Under the pieces are notes generated by a model, which worked only from the letters and a program-made list of their open reading frames with translations, was not told where the DNA came from and made no database searches. The position numbers and the translations under genes are program-made. This document shows positions 1 through 10,521 of a DNA stretch of 64,000 bases, in pieces. The stretch comes from a candidate division WOR-3 bacterium (GTDB lineage Bacteria > Hydrothermota > Hydrothermia > LBFQ01), in NCBI GenBank assembly GCA_039802605.1, contig JBDRWW010000002.1:192001-256000 (forward strand), given 5' to 3'. The stretch's first letter is position 1, and each line of letters opens with the position of its first letter.

Positions 1-2
1 TG

Positions 3-1433
3 GTAGAAGGGATACCCAAATTCGCAAATGTTAAAAAAAACGGAAGCATATCAAGGGTATATGTTGGGGAGGTTGAGGAAGGGGATATAGTGATAGTTAG
101 AAGTGGTGAAAGGGTTCCCGTTGATGGAGTGGTTATAGATGGAAGGGCGGAGGTATCATTGGCGGTTTTAACGGGGGAAACTAGGCCTGTAAGCATTTCA
201 AAGGGCGATAAAATTTATGCGGGGGCGGTTTTGATAAACGGGTTTTTGGAAGTTAAGGTGGAAGGGGTTGGGAGTGATACTTTCATAGGTAGGTTAAAGG
301 AATTGGCTTTAAAATCACAAGAGGAAAAGAATAGGGTTCAGAGGTTGGCGGATAAGATTTCCGCATATTTTACCGTTGCGGTTTTAACAATAGCCCTAAT
401 AACATTCTTGGGTTGGGCGCTTTCGGGGAATATAAACAAGGGTATATTATCCGCAATTTCGGTTATGGTTGTTGCATGCCCTTGTGCCCTAGGAATAGCA
501 ACCCCCGTCGCAATAGCCGTAGCCTTTTCAAGGTCAATAAAGAGGGGAATACTTATAAAGCACCCAGAGGTATTAGAAAGGGCAAAAAATATAAATGTTG
601 TTGCCTTTGACAAAACCGGAACATTAACGGAGGGGAAACCCAAGGTAGTGGGTTTTGAGGGGGATGAAAGGACTTTGCCTTATATATCATCTTTGGCATC
701 AAAGAGTTCCCACCCCTATTCAAGGGCCATTTATGAGTTCTTAAACGGGGAAAGTTTAAAGGTTGAGGAGTTTAGGGATGTACCGGGTTCCGGAATTGAA
801 GGGATTGTTGAGGGTAAAAGGGTTAAGGTTGGGAAGGGGGACTTTGTGGGCGTTAAGGATGAAGGGCTTTTCGGATGCGTTGAGGGTATGGGATGCGTTA
901 AGTTTTTGGTTGATGATAGGGTTAAGGAGGCGGCCCTTAAATGCGTTGAAGATTTAAGGAATATGGGTTTAAAGGTTTTTATTATAAGCGGGGATAACGA
1001 GGAAAATACGAGAAAAGTAGCGGAAACCCTAGATGTTGATGGATATTTTTCAAATATTTTACCGGATGAAAAGGTTAAAATGGTGGAACTTTTAAGGGAA
1101 AAATTCGGAAAGGTTGCTTTTGTGGGCGATGGGATAAACGACGCCCCGGTTTTGGCATCTTCGGATATGGGTATAGCTGTGGGAAATGCAACGGATTTGG
1201 CGGCATTATCCGGCGATATTATTATAATAAGGGGGGATATAGACAGGGTTCCGGAAGTTATAAGGATTTCAAGAAAAGCATACCGCAGGATTTTGCAAAA
1301 CCTATTTTGGGCTTTCTTTTATAATTCCCTACTAATACCTCTTGCCTCCTTTGGGTTTGTCCCACCCGAGTTATCCGCGATGGCCATGAGCCTTAGTTCC
1401 ATTACCGTAGTGTTTAACTCCCTTAGACAATAA
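3..1433 (+). CDS. copA: P1B-type heavy-metal (probably Cu+) translocating ATPase, 5'-partial
   Basis: TGE, CPC, DKTGT, HP and GDGIND motifs; YN and MxxSS in the last helices indicate the P1B-1 Cu+ class; frame is open from position 3. Confidence 0.85.
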   Translation, partial: VEGIPKFANVKKNGSISRVYVGEVEEGDIVIVRSGERVPVDGVVIDGRAEVSLAVLTGETRPVSISKGDKIYAGAVLINGFLEVKVEGVGSDTFIGRLKELALKSQEEKNRVQRLADKISAYFTVAVLTIALITFLGWALSGNINKGILSAISVMVVACPCALGIATPVAIAVAFSRSIKRGILIKHPEVLERAKNINVVAFDKTGTLTEGKPKVVGFEGDERTLPYISSLASKSSHPYSRAIYEFLNGESLKVEEFRDVPGSGIEGIVEGKRVKVGKGDFVGVKDEGLFGCVEGMGCVKFLVDDRVKEAALKCVEDLRNMGLKVFIISGDNEENTRKVAETLDVDGYFSNILPDEKVKMVELLREKFGKVAFVGDGINDAPVLASSDMGIAVGNATDLAALSGDIIIIRGDIDRVPEVIRISRKAYRRILQNLFWAFFYNSLLIPLASFGFVPPELSAMAMSLSSITVVFNSLRQ

Positions 1434-2752
1434 TGTGCGGGATAGTCGGGGTTATAAGCGAAAAAGGGGTTAAACTTAGCGATTTTTTAACGGTTTTGCA
1501 CGGATTACAACACAGGGGCCAGGAATCTGCGGGGTTTGTGGGATACACAAAGGATGGGGAACTTATAACATTTAAAACCTTCGGTTTGGTATCCCAAATC
1601 CTTGAAAAATTCGGTGAAAACCCAACGGTTAAAATCCTCATAGGACATACGAGGTATTCAACGACGGGTGAAAGTTGGAGGCTCGAAAACATTCAACCAT
1701 TCTTTGTTTTAAGGGAAGATGGGATTACGGCAATTGTGCATAACGGGAATATAAGGAATTATAACGAGATAAAGGAGGGTTTATCCTCAAAGGGTGTATT
1801 TTTCCGCTCCACATCGGATACGGAAGCCATATTAAACCTTTATATAACCCTAAAAGGGGAGGCGGAGGATAGGTTTAGGGAAATGGCGGAGGTTTTAAGG
1901 GGGGCTTGGACGGTTTTGTTAATAGAAGGTAAAAACCTTTTTGCGGTCAGGGACCCATACGGTTTTAGGCCATTATGGATGGGAAGGAGGAATGGGGAGG
2001 TTTGGTTTGCATCGGAGGATTCGGCCCTTATATCGGCGGGAGTTGTGCCGATAAAAGAAATAGATAGGGGTATGGGCGTTAAGGCTTCGTTTTCGGGAAT
2101 ATCCGAATTTACAGTTGGTGAAAAAACCCCTCTACCCTGTTCCTTTGAACTCGTTTATTTTGCAAGGCCTGATAGCAATATATTCGGAAAATCGGTTTAT
2201 AAATGGAGATATTTTGCGGGAGAAAAGTTGGCGGAGGTTGAGGATGTTGATGCGGATATAGTGGTACCCGTCCCGGATTCTGGAAACATTTACGCCTTGG
2301 GCTTCTCAAAAAAGCTAGGAAAACCCCTACATTTTGGGCTTATAAGAAGCCATTACGCCGGGAGGAGTTTCATACAGCCAACGCAAGAAAAGAGGAAAAG
2401 CACGGTTAAGATGAAACTTTTTCCCGTTATTTCGGTCTTAAAGGGTAGAAGCATATACCTGATAGACGACTCAATAGTCAGGGGAACCACCATGAGGGAA
2501 ATAGTTCGTATGATAAGGGAGGCCGGAGCGAGGGAGGTTCATGTAAGGATAGGTTCCCCGCCCGTGATAGGACCCTGTTATTACGGCATAGATACACCCA
2601 ACAGGAAAGAGTTAATAGCAAACCAGATGGATGTTGAAGGTATAAGAAAGTTCATAGAAGCAGACACTTTGAAATATTTACCTCTGGAAGTTTTCCGCGA
2701 TTTCTTACGGAACTTTTGCATATCCTGTTTTTCGGGAAATTATGAGGTTTAA
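1433..2752 (+). CDS. purF: Amidophosphoribosyltransferase
   Basis: N-terminal MCGI Ntn nucleophile, QHRGQE, HNG, PRPP-binding LIDDSIVRGTT, CYYGID. Confidence 0.97.
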   Translation: MCGIVGVISEKGVKLSDFLTVLHGLQHRGQESAGFVGYTKDGELITFKTFGLVSQILEKFGENPTVKILIGHTRYSTTGESWRLENIQPFFVLREDGITAIVHNGNIRNYNEIKEGLSSKGVFFRSTSDTEAILNLYITLKGEAEDRFREMAEVLRGAWTVLLIEGKNLFAVRDPYGFRPLWMGRRNGEVWFASEDSALISAGVVPIKEIDRGMGVKASFSGISEFTVGEKTPLPCSFELVYFARPDSNIFGKSVYKWRYFAGEKLAEVEDVDADIVVPVPDSGNIYALGFSKKLGKPLHFGLIRSHYAGRSFIQPTQEKRKSTVKMKLFPVISVLKGRSIYLIDDSIVRGTTMREIVRMIREAGAREVHVRIGSPPVIGPCYYGIDTPNRKELIANQMDVEGIRKFIEADTLKYLPLEVFRDFLRNFCISCFSGNYEV

Positions 2753-3836
2753 ACTCATAACCGGATCATTGTTACACAGACCTTTAAGGTTCCTTTTGGT
2801 TATACTTGCCCTATCAATATCCTTAGCCTTCATGTCCTTTTTGCTTTCATTCGGTGAAGGTTTAAGGGCTTATGTTAGGAACATAGCGAAGGATTTTCAA
2901 CCCTTTGCCATAATCCAACCCAAAAACTTCATATCCCTTACCCCGAGCATACCGATAAGTTTGGTGGATAGTTTAAAAGATCTCGGATTTTATGATATAA
3001 GGCCCGTTATAATTTTTCCCGTTGTGAATCCCTTACAGGTAAACAAGCAATATTTTATCGTGGGTTTACCCGTGGGAAAAAGCCCAATAAAGTATAAGGT
3101 TTTGGAAGGTAGGGACTTAAAGGATAACAATAGGGAGGCGTTGATAGGGGATAGGTTGAAGGAAATTTTAAGAAAGAATTTGGGGGATTCCGTTTTTGTC
3201 GGTAGTGGTATTTATAAAGTTGTGGGGGTTATACGCTCGGAGGATTTCAGGCTTAACTCCGCCATAATCGTCCCGATAAACGAGGCATTAGAGGATTTCA
3301 ACATTGATAAGGTTAATCTTATAGCGGTAAATATAAACGGCAATAAAGAGAAACTTAAACTTTTGAGAAGGAAGTTAAACCGATACGATGTTCTTACGGC
3401 GGAAGAGATTTTGGGTTTTATAAACACCATTATAAACCTTTCGGATGCCGTTAGGTTTTCCTTATCCTTGGTTTCAATATTCGTAAGCATTATATTCCTA
3501 TTTGCAATTATGATGATAACGGTTCATGAGAGGAATTGGGAATTTGCCCTTTTCAGGGCTTTGGGTATGGGGAACTTTGAGGTTTTCCGGATTGTAATAA
3601 TGCAAAGTCTGACTTTGGGAATCGTATCTTGGGTTTTATCCATACCCATTTCCCTAATTATGATATTCGCATCAAACGAACTTTTGAATAGGTTTTTCGG
3701 TATGAAAATAGGCCTTTATACCCCAAAAATCGCCCTTATATCGTTATTTATTGCAATAATAGCGCCCATAATTGGGGGAATATTACCCGCAAGGAATGCG
3801 ATGAGGGTTAATATAAGGGAATCTTTGGGGAAATGA
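2742..3836 (+). CDS. ABC transporter permease, MacB/FtsX family
   Basis: N-terminal TM, large periplasmic domain, ERxxEFALFRALG motif, three C-terminal TMs. Confidence 0.85.
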   Translation: MRFKLITGSLLHRPLRFLLVILALSISLAFMSFLLSFGEGLRAYVRNIAKDFQPFAIIQPKNFISLTPSIPISLVDSLKDLGFYDIRPVIIFPVVNPLQVNKQYFIVGLPVGKSPIKYKVLEGRDLKDNNREALIGDRLKEILRKNLGDSVFVGSGIYKVVGVIRSEDFRLNSAIIVPINEALEDFNIDKVNLIAVNINGNKEKLKLLRRKLNRYDVLTAEEILGFINTIINLSDAVRFSLSLVSIFVSIIFLFAIMMITVHERNWEFALFRALGMGNFEVFRIVIMQSLTLGIVSWVLSIPISLIMIFASNELLNRFFGMKIGLYTPKIALISLFIAIIAPIIGGILPARNAMRVNIRESLGK

Positions 3837-4492
3837 TTGAGGCGCTTGAAATACAAAAATCCTATGGGTTAAAGGTAAAAACAAAGGCTTTGGACGGCTT
3901 TTCTTATAGGTTTGAAGAAGGAAGGGTTTATGGGGTTGTGGGTCCATCGGGAAGCGGAAAAACCACGCTTTTATATGTCCTTTCGGGTATAGAGGTGCCG
4001 GATAGGGGAGAAGTAATCTTTATGGGTAAAGGGTTGTTTTCAATAAATGAGAAGGAAAGGCGGGATATAAGGAAAAGGTATTTTGGATTTGTTTTCCAGC
4101 ATTTCTACCTTATACCCTATTTAAACGCGGCTGAAAATGTGATGTTGGGTCAATACATAAAGGCGGGCAAAACGGATAAAGCGGAAGCCTTAAAAATCCT
4201 TGAAAGTTTGGGTATAAACGACCCCTATAAAAAACCCTACGAGTACTCCGGCGGGGAGCAACAGAGGATAGCAATTGCGAGGGCATTGGCCGGAAATCCA
4301 AAGGTAATATTTGCGGATGAACCCACAGGAAATTTGGATACAGAAAATTCCAAGAGGGTTTTCTCCGTACTATACGATTTGGCAAAAGATGGTAGGGTTG
4401 TTATACTCGCAACACACGATGTCGAAAACTTAAAGGCCGATGTCGTTATAAGGTTAAGGGATGGTAAAATACTGGAAACCTATCAACCTTAA
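3833..4492 (+). CDS. ABC transporter ATP-binding protein (LolD/MacB-like)
   Basis: [26 protein letters not shown]-loop; ATGA-coupled to the permease. Confidence 0.92.
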   Translation: MIEALEIQKSYGLKVKTKALDGFSYRFEEGRVYGVVGPSGSGKTTLLYVLSGIEVPDRGEVIFMGKGLFSINEKERRDIRKRYFGFVFQHFYLIPYLNAAENVMLGQYIKAGKTDKAEALKILESLGINDPYKKPYEYSGGEQQRIAIARALAGNPKVIFADEPTGNLDTENSKRVFSVLYDLAKDGRVVILATHDVENLKADVVIRLRDGKILETYQP

Positions 4493-4503
4493 AATTTTCG
4501 GAA

Positions 4504-4923
4504 ATGAAAGAGAGGCCGATGAAGATACTTATAGCAAAGGTGGGTTTGGATGGACACGATAGGGGTGCCAAGGTAATCGTAAGGGCGTTAAGGGATGCGG
4601 GCTTTGAGGTGGTTTATACCGGCTTACACCAAACCGCCGAAAATGTGGTTAATATGGCCTTACAGGAGGATGTTGATGCAATAGGTATATCAATCCTCTC
4701 AGGTGCCCATATGACCTATTTCCCAAAAATTCTGAAACTTATGAAGGAAAAGGGTTTGGACGATGTTTTGCTTTTCGGAGGAGGGATAATTCCGGATGAG
4801 GATGCAAAGGTTTTGGAAGGTATGGGGGTTGGTAGGATTTTCGGTCCCGGAACACCCATAAGCGAAATAATAGACTACTTAAAGGATTGGTACGAAAGGA
4901 ATAGGATAAAGAAATCGGCATGA
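4504..4923 (+). CDS. Cobalamin-binding subunit of methylmalonyl-CoA/acyl-CoA mutase
   Basis: [10 protein letters not shown] (DxHxxG), SILSGAH, GGIIP. Confidence 0.92.
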   Translation: MKERPMKILIAKVGLDGHDRGAKVIVRALRDAGFEVVYTGLHQTAENVVNMALQEDVDAIGISILSGAHMTYFPKILKLMKEKGLDDVLLFGGGIIPDEDAKVLEGMGVGRIFGPGTPISEIIDYLKDWYERNRIKKSA

Positions 4924-5495
4924 AAACAACCTTTAAAGGTATATTAAAGTTCGGAGTATATTTTGCGGTATGGGTTGTTATATGGCTTTTGTTTTTTGAT
5001 TTTTTTCTGAGTTTGATAATCCCGATATTTCAAGGTAGGTATAACACAACCGTTGTCCCAAATTTAAACTTTAAAACCGTAGAGGAGGCAAAGGCCGAAG
5101 CAAAAAAGTTTGGTTTAAACTTGGTTGTTGATACTATTATTCCAACCATTGAACACCCAAAGGGTGTTATAATAGGTCAGGAACCACCACCAAATACAAA
5201 GGTTAAAAGGGGAAGGAGGGTTTTCGTCACGGTATCGGGAGGGGCGCATTTCAAGAAGGTGCCGGACATAGTGGGGATGTCCCTTGATTTGGCGGTAAGA
5301 TCCCTGCAAGATCAGGGTTTTACGGTAAGGGTTGAACCCATATATACAATAGACGAAGAACCCGGGTATGTTATAAGGATAAATCCGTCACCGGGAACGG
5401 ATGTACCCATAGGTAGCACCATAACACTTTATTACACGGAGGAACCACCCGATACATCACAAACCGATACCGCGCCCGATCTCCAACAACGGTGA
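4920..5495 (+). CDS. Membrane-anchored PASTA domain protein (two PASTA domains)
   Basis: N-terminal TM, then two VP(N/D)xxG...QxP.P G..V units. Confidence 0.85.
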   Translation: MKTTFKGILKFGVYFAVWVVIWLLFFDFFLSLIIPIFQGRYNTTVVPNLNFKTVEEAKAEAKKFGLNLVVDTIIPTIEHPKGVIIGQEPPPNTKVKRGRRVFVTVSGGAHFKKVPDIVGMSLDLAVRSLQDQGFTVRVEPIYTIDEEPGYVIRINPSPGTDVPIGSTITLYYTEEPPDTSQTDTAPDLQQR

Positions 5496-5577
5496 TAAGG
5501 GGTTATGGTGCGAAGTTCACAAGCGAGCCTATAACGCTTTTATCGGGCCGTTTTAATTACCCCTATAAAATACCCAC

Positions 5578-6321
5578 TTGTACTTTTTGTTTCCCCTTAT
5601 CGGATTGTTTGCGGGTTTTACGGGTTCCCTTTTGGGTTTGGGAGGAGGAATAATAGTTGTGCCTTCGCTAACAATGCTGGGCCTAAATGTCAAAACCGCC
5701 GTTGCGATAAGTATATTTTCAACGATAGCAACCTGGGCATCCGCTTCTGAAAAATACATAAGGTCTAACCTTGTTGATTTTAAAATAGCGTTTTTTTTGG
5801 GTTCAGCAACGACTATTGGGGCGTTTATAGGTTCAAGGGTGTTGTTTATTTTTCCCGAAAAGGTAATAATCTTTATCTTCGTTTTTATAACCCTATTGGT
5901 TTTGTATTCAAACATACTGGGGTTATCTTCGGATAACAAAACGGAGAAATTTACACCTATTAGACTCATCTTTTCCTACGCTTTTATGCTTTTTGCGGGT
6001 TTTATCTCCGCAATTCTGGGTATAGGGGCGGGTGTTTTTAAGGTTTTTGCAATGGATAAGATCCTTAATATGCCTTATAGGGTTTCAACCGCAACGAGCA
6101 TGTTCCTAATAGGGATAACGGCATCTTCAAGTGCGGTTTATTACGCCTTCAATAAGGATTTGGATCCCTTCCATACATCCATAGTGTCCATAGGTGCTAT
6201 AATAGGGGGTCTCTTGGGTTCAAGGGTTATGGTAATACTTCCGGTAAAGGTTTTGAGGGTTATATTTTCCATCGTTGTAATTGCCTTAATCGGGAGCCTA
6301 GTTTTTAAAACGCTTATATGA
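5578..6321 (+). CDS. Sulfite exporter TauE/SafE family membrane protein
   Basis: GLGGG and GIGAG half-repeats, ATS motif, about 8 TMs. Confidence 0.88.
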   Translation: MYFLFPLIGLFAGFTGSLLGLGGGIIVVPSLTMLGLNVKTAVAISIFSTIATWASASEKYIRSNLVDFKIAFFLGSATTIGAFIGSRVLFIFPEKVIIFIFVFITLLVLYSNILGLSSDNKTEKFTPIRLIFSYAFMLFAGFISAILGIGAGVFKVFAMDKILNMPYRVSTATSMFLIGITASSSAVYYAFNKDLDPFHTSIVSIGAIIGGLLGSRVMVILPVKVLRVIFSIVVIALIGSLVFKTLI

Positions 6322-7223
6322 GAAAATCCGCAATTTTTATTTTGGTCTTTCTTTCAATGGTATCGGAAATTTTTGTGGGTAGGGTTTTTGGTTATGAAAT
6401 ATTGGTTTTGAGGATTTTAAGGTTATTCCTTGGGATTTCGGCGGGTTTGGGTCTGGGGGTTGTGGGTGCGGTTTTACAAAGGGTTTATAGGAATCCCTTG
6501 GCGGACGGTTATATACTGGGTATATCCGGAGGGGCAATTTTCGGGGTGGCAATTTCAGAATATTTAAAACTACCTATGCCCTTTTATACCACATCGCTAA
6601 TATTCTCCCTATTGGTTTCGCTTATAATAATTCTTGTAAGTCCTAAGGTTCACGAGTGGATGCTACCGGTAATAGGAATAGGTATGGGGATGTTTTTTTC
6701 ATCTGTGGCTATAATGTTTTTTATCATGGCCGGAGCTGAATCCACAAGAACCCTTTATGCCCTTTGGGGTTCTTTGGGTAGATTTTTCTCCATAAGCGAC
6801 ATTGCAATAGTTATAACCGTTTTCATATTTACCCTTGCCTTATCCCTTTTACTCATTTTAAAAAATAGGGAATTTGATGCCACATCACTGGGGAATTTGG
6901 AGGCTTTATGTTTGGGTTATGATCCAAAGTTAATAACCGTTTATGCAACCCTTTTATCATCCCTTATAGTTGCGGTTTTAACATCTTATGCCGGTATTAT
7001 AGGGTTTGTGGGTATAATGGCTCCCCACATGGTTAGGATATTGGGCTATAGGGAGGGTTGGCAGTTTTATGCCTTTTCGGGTATGTTGGGAATAGCCTTC
7101 GTACTCCTTGGGGATTCCTTGGGAAGGTTGATTTTTGGTATAGACCCCCCAATTGGGGTTATTATGGGTATAATAGGTTCCCCATTCTTCATTTACTTAG
7201 TATTGAAAGAGGGAAAGGGTTAA
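6318..7223 (+). CDS. FecCD/BtuC family iron/B12 ABC permease
   Basis: RNPLADGYILGISGGA, EAxx[23 protein letters not shown]. Confidence 0.88.
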   Translation: MRKSAIFILVFLSMVSEIFVGRVFGYEILVLRILRLFLGISAGLGLGVVGAVLQRVYRNPLADGYILGISGGAIFGVAISEYLKLPMPFYTTSLIFSLLVSLIIILVSPKVHEWMLPVIGIGMGMFFSSVAIMFFIMAGAESTRTLYALWGSLGRFFSISDIAIVITVFIFTLALSLLLILKNREFDATSLGNLEALCLGYDPKLITVYATLLSSLIVAVLTSYAGIIGFVGIMAPHMVRILGYREGWQFYAFSGMLGIAFVLLGDSLGRLIFGIDPPIGVIMGIIGSPFFIYLVLKEGKG

Positions 7224-7706
7224 ATCTTCAAACACCTTATTGCGGTTTTCAACGGTAAGGTATACAACCTCAAAGTTTTCCTTAATTTTCCTTATCAATG
7301 GATGCACATTTTTCAGGGGAATGGTGGCTAGAATATCAAGGTCCTTTAAAAATATAAGCCTTTCAACGGTTTCAACAAAACCTTTGGAAAACATCTCCAT
7401 CTTCCCTATCTCATCCAAGATGAGGATTTTATCCATTAGGGGGTTTTTTATCTTTGGTAAAACGAGTTTCTCAAACCCCGAAACATCAACGGCGTATTTC
7501 CCAACCCTATAATGCGAATTGAGTTTTATATGCGCCAGTACCCCACTCTCCCCCCAGGTGGTTATAACCTTAAAACCAACCCTTTTACCACCTTCCATTA
7601 TCTCTTCCGTCCAAAATCCGTAAAACCTTTGTGGATTTTTAAGGAAAAGCCTTTTTATCAATGTTGTCTTACCCACACCCGGGGAACCGGATATAAAGAT
7701 TTTCAA
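7197..7706 (-). CDS. Nucleoside-triphosphatase (NTPase_1/THEP1 family)
   Basis: [28 protein letters not shown]. Confidence 0.92.
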   Translation of the reverse strand: MKIFISGSPGVGKTTLIKRLFLKNPQRFYGFWTEEIMEGGKRVGFKVITTWGESGVLAHIKLNSHYRVGKYAVDVSGFEKLVLPKIKNPLMDKILILDEIGKMEMFSKGFVETVERLIFLKDLDILATIPLKNVHPLIRKIKENFEVVYLTVENRNKVFEDLTLSLFQY

Positions 7707-7966
7707 GGCAAATCAATGCCCCCCTTTGAAAAGGGATTACACCTCAAAACCCTCCAAACCGCCTTAAACAAGCCTTTGAACAGTCCATATTTCCTTAAGG
7801 ATAAAACAGCATATTCGGAACATGTTGGATAAAACCTGCAAGTGGCGGGTTTTAAAGGGGAAATGTATTTTCTATATGCGTTAATCAGGAAAATCAGGGA
7901 TTCTGTTATTGGGCTTTTGCCCTTGCCCTCGGATGATTCGGGTCTATTTGTAATATCTGTTGCCAT
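7703..7966 (-). CDS. yidD: Membrane protein insertion efficiency factor
   Basis: [22 protein letters not shown] signature. Confidence 0.95.
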   Translation of the reverse strand: MATDITNRPESSEGKGKSPITESLIFLINAYRKYISPLKPATCRFYPTCSEYAVLSLRKYGLFKGLFKAVWRVLRCNPFSKGGIDLP

Positions 7967-8685
7967 GCCCTCTTTGCACCCTCCATATCTCCTTGGGCTT
8001 CTAAGGACAAAGCGGTTTTTTCAAGTTTGATTATACGCATATATTTCTTTGCAACTTCATCGTTTGGGTTCTTGCTTAAAGCATCCCTAACCATCTGCTC
8101 TGCCTTTGATATATTCCCCTGATCGTAATAAACCTTTTTAATATCTTCCTCCTTCAATGTTTCTATGTTCAAAGATAAACCTCCCGAAAGCGAGGGGGTT
8201 ATGTCCGGCATTTTTGTTGTGGGTGTGGAAGGTTTGCTTAAACTAACATTTCCGCTTAGGTTTGAGGAACCCAAATCTATCGTTGGAGCCTTTATATCGG
8301 GAATACCCGTCGTTTGGGTCGGTTGTTTTTGTTCCTTTAAAACCAATTGACCCTGGGTATTTTGTGGTTGTTGGTTTTCGGGGATAATTAGGGCATTGGA
8401 CGATGTATCGGGCTTCTGGGTTTCAACCTTCAAAACCCCTGTGGTTTCCTGTTGTTGAACGGTCTTTGGTTTGTTTTCTTTACGAACTTCACTTTTAACT
8501 TCGGATATGACTTTACTTAAAATGGTGTCTTTAAGGTTGGCCGAGCTTTGTAATGTGTCCGGTGATTCAACTTCCGCCTTTTGGAGGTTTTTATTTAAAA
8601 AATAATACGCAACGCCGACCCCTACACCTCCCCCTATTGCGGCCGCTATAATAACCAAAAATACGATTAATATTATCCTCCTCAA
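7906..8685 (-). CDS. Membrane-anchored protein with low-complexity linker and C-terminal TPR-like module
   Basis: N-terminal TM, Q/T/P/S-rich linker, TPR-like helices ending in DPNHPRA. Confidence 0.7.
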   Translation of the reverse strand: MRRIILIVFLVIIAAAIGGGVGVGVAYYFLNKNLQKAEVESPDTLQSSANLKDTILSKVISEVKSEVRKENKPKTVQQQETTGVLKVETQKPDTSSNALIIPENQQPQNTQGQLVLKEQKQPTQTTGIPDIKAPTIDLGSSNLSGNVSLSKPSTPTTKMPDITPSLSGGLSLNIETLKEEDIKKVYYDQGNISKAEQMVRDALSKNPNDEVAKKYMRIIKLEKTALSLEAQGDMEGAKRAWQQILQIDPNHPRARAKAQ

Positions 8686-8761
8686 CGCCGATATTCTAAG
8701 GTTGTATTAGAAATTTTTCAACAGAGATTTCTCAAAACGGAACGGGTGTATAATATCCGTA

Positions 8762-8857
8762 ATGTCTGTTGATGCCTTGGTGGTTATGCTAACCGCTTGG
8801 GGTATAATCATAGCACTATTCGTTTGGAGTATGTATAGGATTTTGAGGGAAAAGTAG
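8762..8857 (+). CDS. 31-aa single-TM small protein (MSVDALVVMLTAWGIIIALFVWSMYRILREK); resembles MetS-type transporter small subunits
   Basis: Not in the ORF track; ATG 8762 lies 7 nt after TATAAT (8749-8754); stop 2 nt before the topA ATG; hydrophobic core with basic C-terminus. Confidence 0.7.
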   Translation: MSVDALVVMLTAWGIIIALFVWSMYRILREK

Positions 8858-8859
8858 TT

Positions 8860-10521
8860 ATGGCGAAGAGGGGAAAGGTATTACTTATAGTGGAATCGCC
8901 TACAAAGGCCAAGACTTTAAAGGGTTATCTCAAAGGCGATTTTTTGGTTGTGGCGAGTAAAGGGCATATTAAGGATTTACCGGTGAACGAGTTGGGTGTG
9001 GATTTAAAAACTTTCTCGCCAAAGTATCAGGTAATAAAGGGGAAACTCGGGGTAATAAGGTTTATCAAAAAACTCGCAAAAAACGCCGATATAATCCTAA
9101 TAGGTAGCGACCCCGATAGGGAGGGTGAGGCGATAGCATTCCATATATACGAAGAATTAAAGGGTTTGAGGAAGAAGATTAAAAGGGTTTTGTTTTATGA
9201 AATCACACCGGAGGCTATAACCGAAGCCGTAGAAAATCCCACGGATATAGACGAAAACAAGGTGGAATCCCAGAAGGCCAGAAGGGTTCTTGATAGACTC
9301 GTTGGTTATTTGATAAGTCCAATACTCTGGAAGAAACTTAGATGGGGCTTATCGGCGGGGAGGGTTCAAACGGCCGCTTTAAGGCTTGTAGTTGATAGGG
9401 AAAGGGAAATAGAAAGTTTTATACCCCAAAAGTTTTGGTATTTTGAGGCAATCTTTGAGAAGAACGGCAAGACCTTTAAGGCGAGATCTGAAAAAAACTA
9501 TTTTGATGAAGGGGAAGCAAAAAAACTTTATCAAACGCTCAAAGGTGAAACCTTTATAGTTGAGGAATTCAAGAAGGAGATAAAAAAGCAGAACCCACCG
9601 CCACCCTTAAAGACCTCAACATTGCAACAAGAAGCCAATAAGATATTCGGTTTTTCGGCGGGTAAAACCATGCAGATAGCCCAAAGTCTATACGAAGGGA
9701 TAGAAATAGAAGGAAAGAGGGTGGGTTTGATAACATACCATAGGACGGATTCCACTAGGTTATCAAACAAGGGTATAAACCTTTTGAGAAAGACAATAAA
9801 GGATTTGTTTCCGGGTAAATACCTTCCAAAGCATGGTAAAAATTATGGAAATGATAAGGGGAATGTTCAGGGGGCGCACGAGGCGATAAGGCCCACATAC
9901 CCAGATATAAAACCCGAGGATTTGAAAGGTAAGGTTGATGAGGATACCCTGAGGATATACGAAATCATTTGGAGAAGGGCAATAGCATCCCAGATGGGCC
10001 CCGTTGAGTATGAGTATAAGAAGGCGGTAATAAAGGCGGGGAATGTTAAATTCTTAGCGGAGGGGAGGGAAATGGTTTTCGATGGGTGGTCAAGGGTATG
10101 GCCTTACAATTTAAAGGAGGGTTATATACCGGATTTGGAAAGGGGTGAGGTTTTAAAGGTTAAGAAAATCCAACTAAAAGAGGATAAGACCAAACCAAAA
10201 CCGAGATATACGGAGGCAACACTCGTAGAAGAACTGGAAAAGTTGGGCATAGGAAGGCCTTCAACATATGCAACGATTTTAAAAACCCTGTTTGTTAGAA
10301 AATATGTGATAAAGAAGGGGAAATCTTTGATGCCCACAGAACTCGGTAAGAAGGTTTTGGATGAACTTTTAAGGTTTTTCCCGGATATATTTGACTATAA
10401 ATTTACCGCAAAGATGGAGGAAGAGTTGGATAAAATTGAGGAAGGTAAGGAGACATATCAAAATGTTGTTAAAACATTTTATAAAGGCTTGGAACGGAAA
10501 CTTGAAGAAGCCGGTAAATGA
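8860..10521 (+). CDS. topA: DNA topoisomerase I (type IA, no C-terminal Zn ribbons)
   Basis: IVESPTKA, DPDREGE, SAGRVQ, ITYHRTDS catalytic Tyr, GIGRPSTY. Confidence 0.96.
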   Translation: MAKRGKVLLIVESPTKAKTLKGYLKGDFLVVASKGHIKDLPVNELGVDLKTFSPKYQVIKGKLGVIRFIKKLAKNADIILIGSDPDREGEAIAFHIYEELKGLRKKIKRVLFYEITPEAITEAVENPTDIDENKVESQKARRVLDRLVGYLISPILWKKLRWGLSAGRVQTAALRLVVDREREIESFIPQKFWYFEAIFEKNGKTFKARSEKNYFDEGEAKKLYQTLKGETFIVEEFKKEIKKQNPPPPLKTSTLQQEANKIFGFSAGKTMQIAQSLYEGIEIEGKRVGLITYHRTDSTRLSNKGINLLRKTIKDLFPGKYLPKHGKNYGNDKGNVQGAHEAIRPTYPDIKPEDLKGKVDEDTLRIYEIIWRRAIASQMGPVEYEYKKAVIKAGNVKFLAEGREMVFDGWSRVWPYNLKEGYIPDLERGEVLKVKKIQLKEDKTKPKPRYTEATLVEELEKLGIGRPSTYATILKTLFVRKYVIKKGKSLMPTELGKKVLDELLRFFPDIFDYKFTAKMEEELDKIEEGKETYQNVVKTFYKGLERKLEEAGK

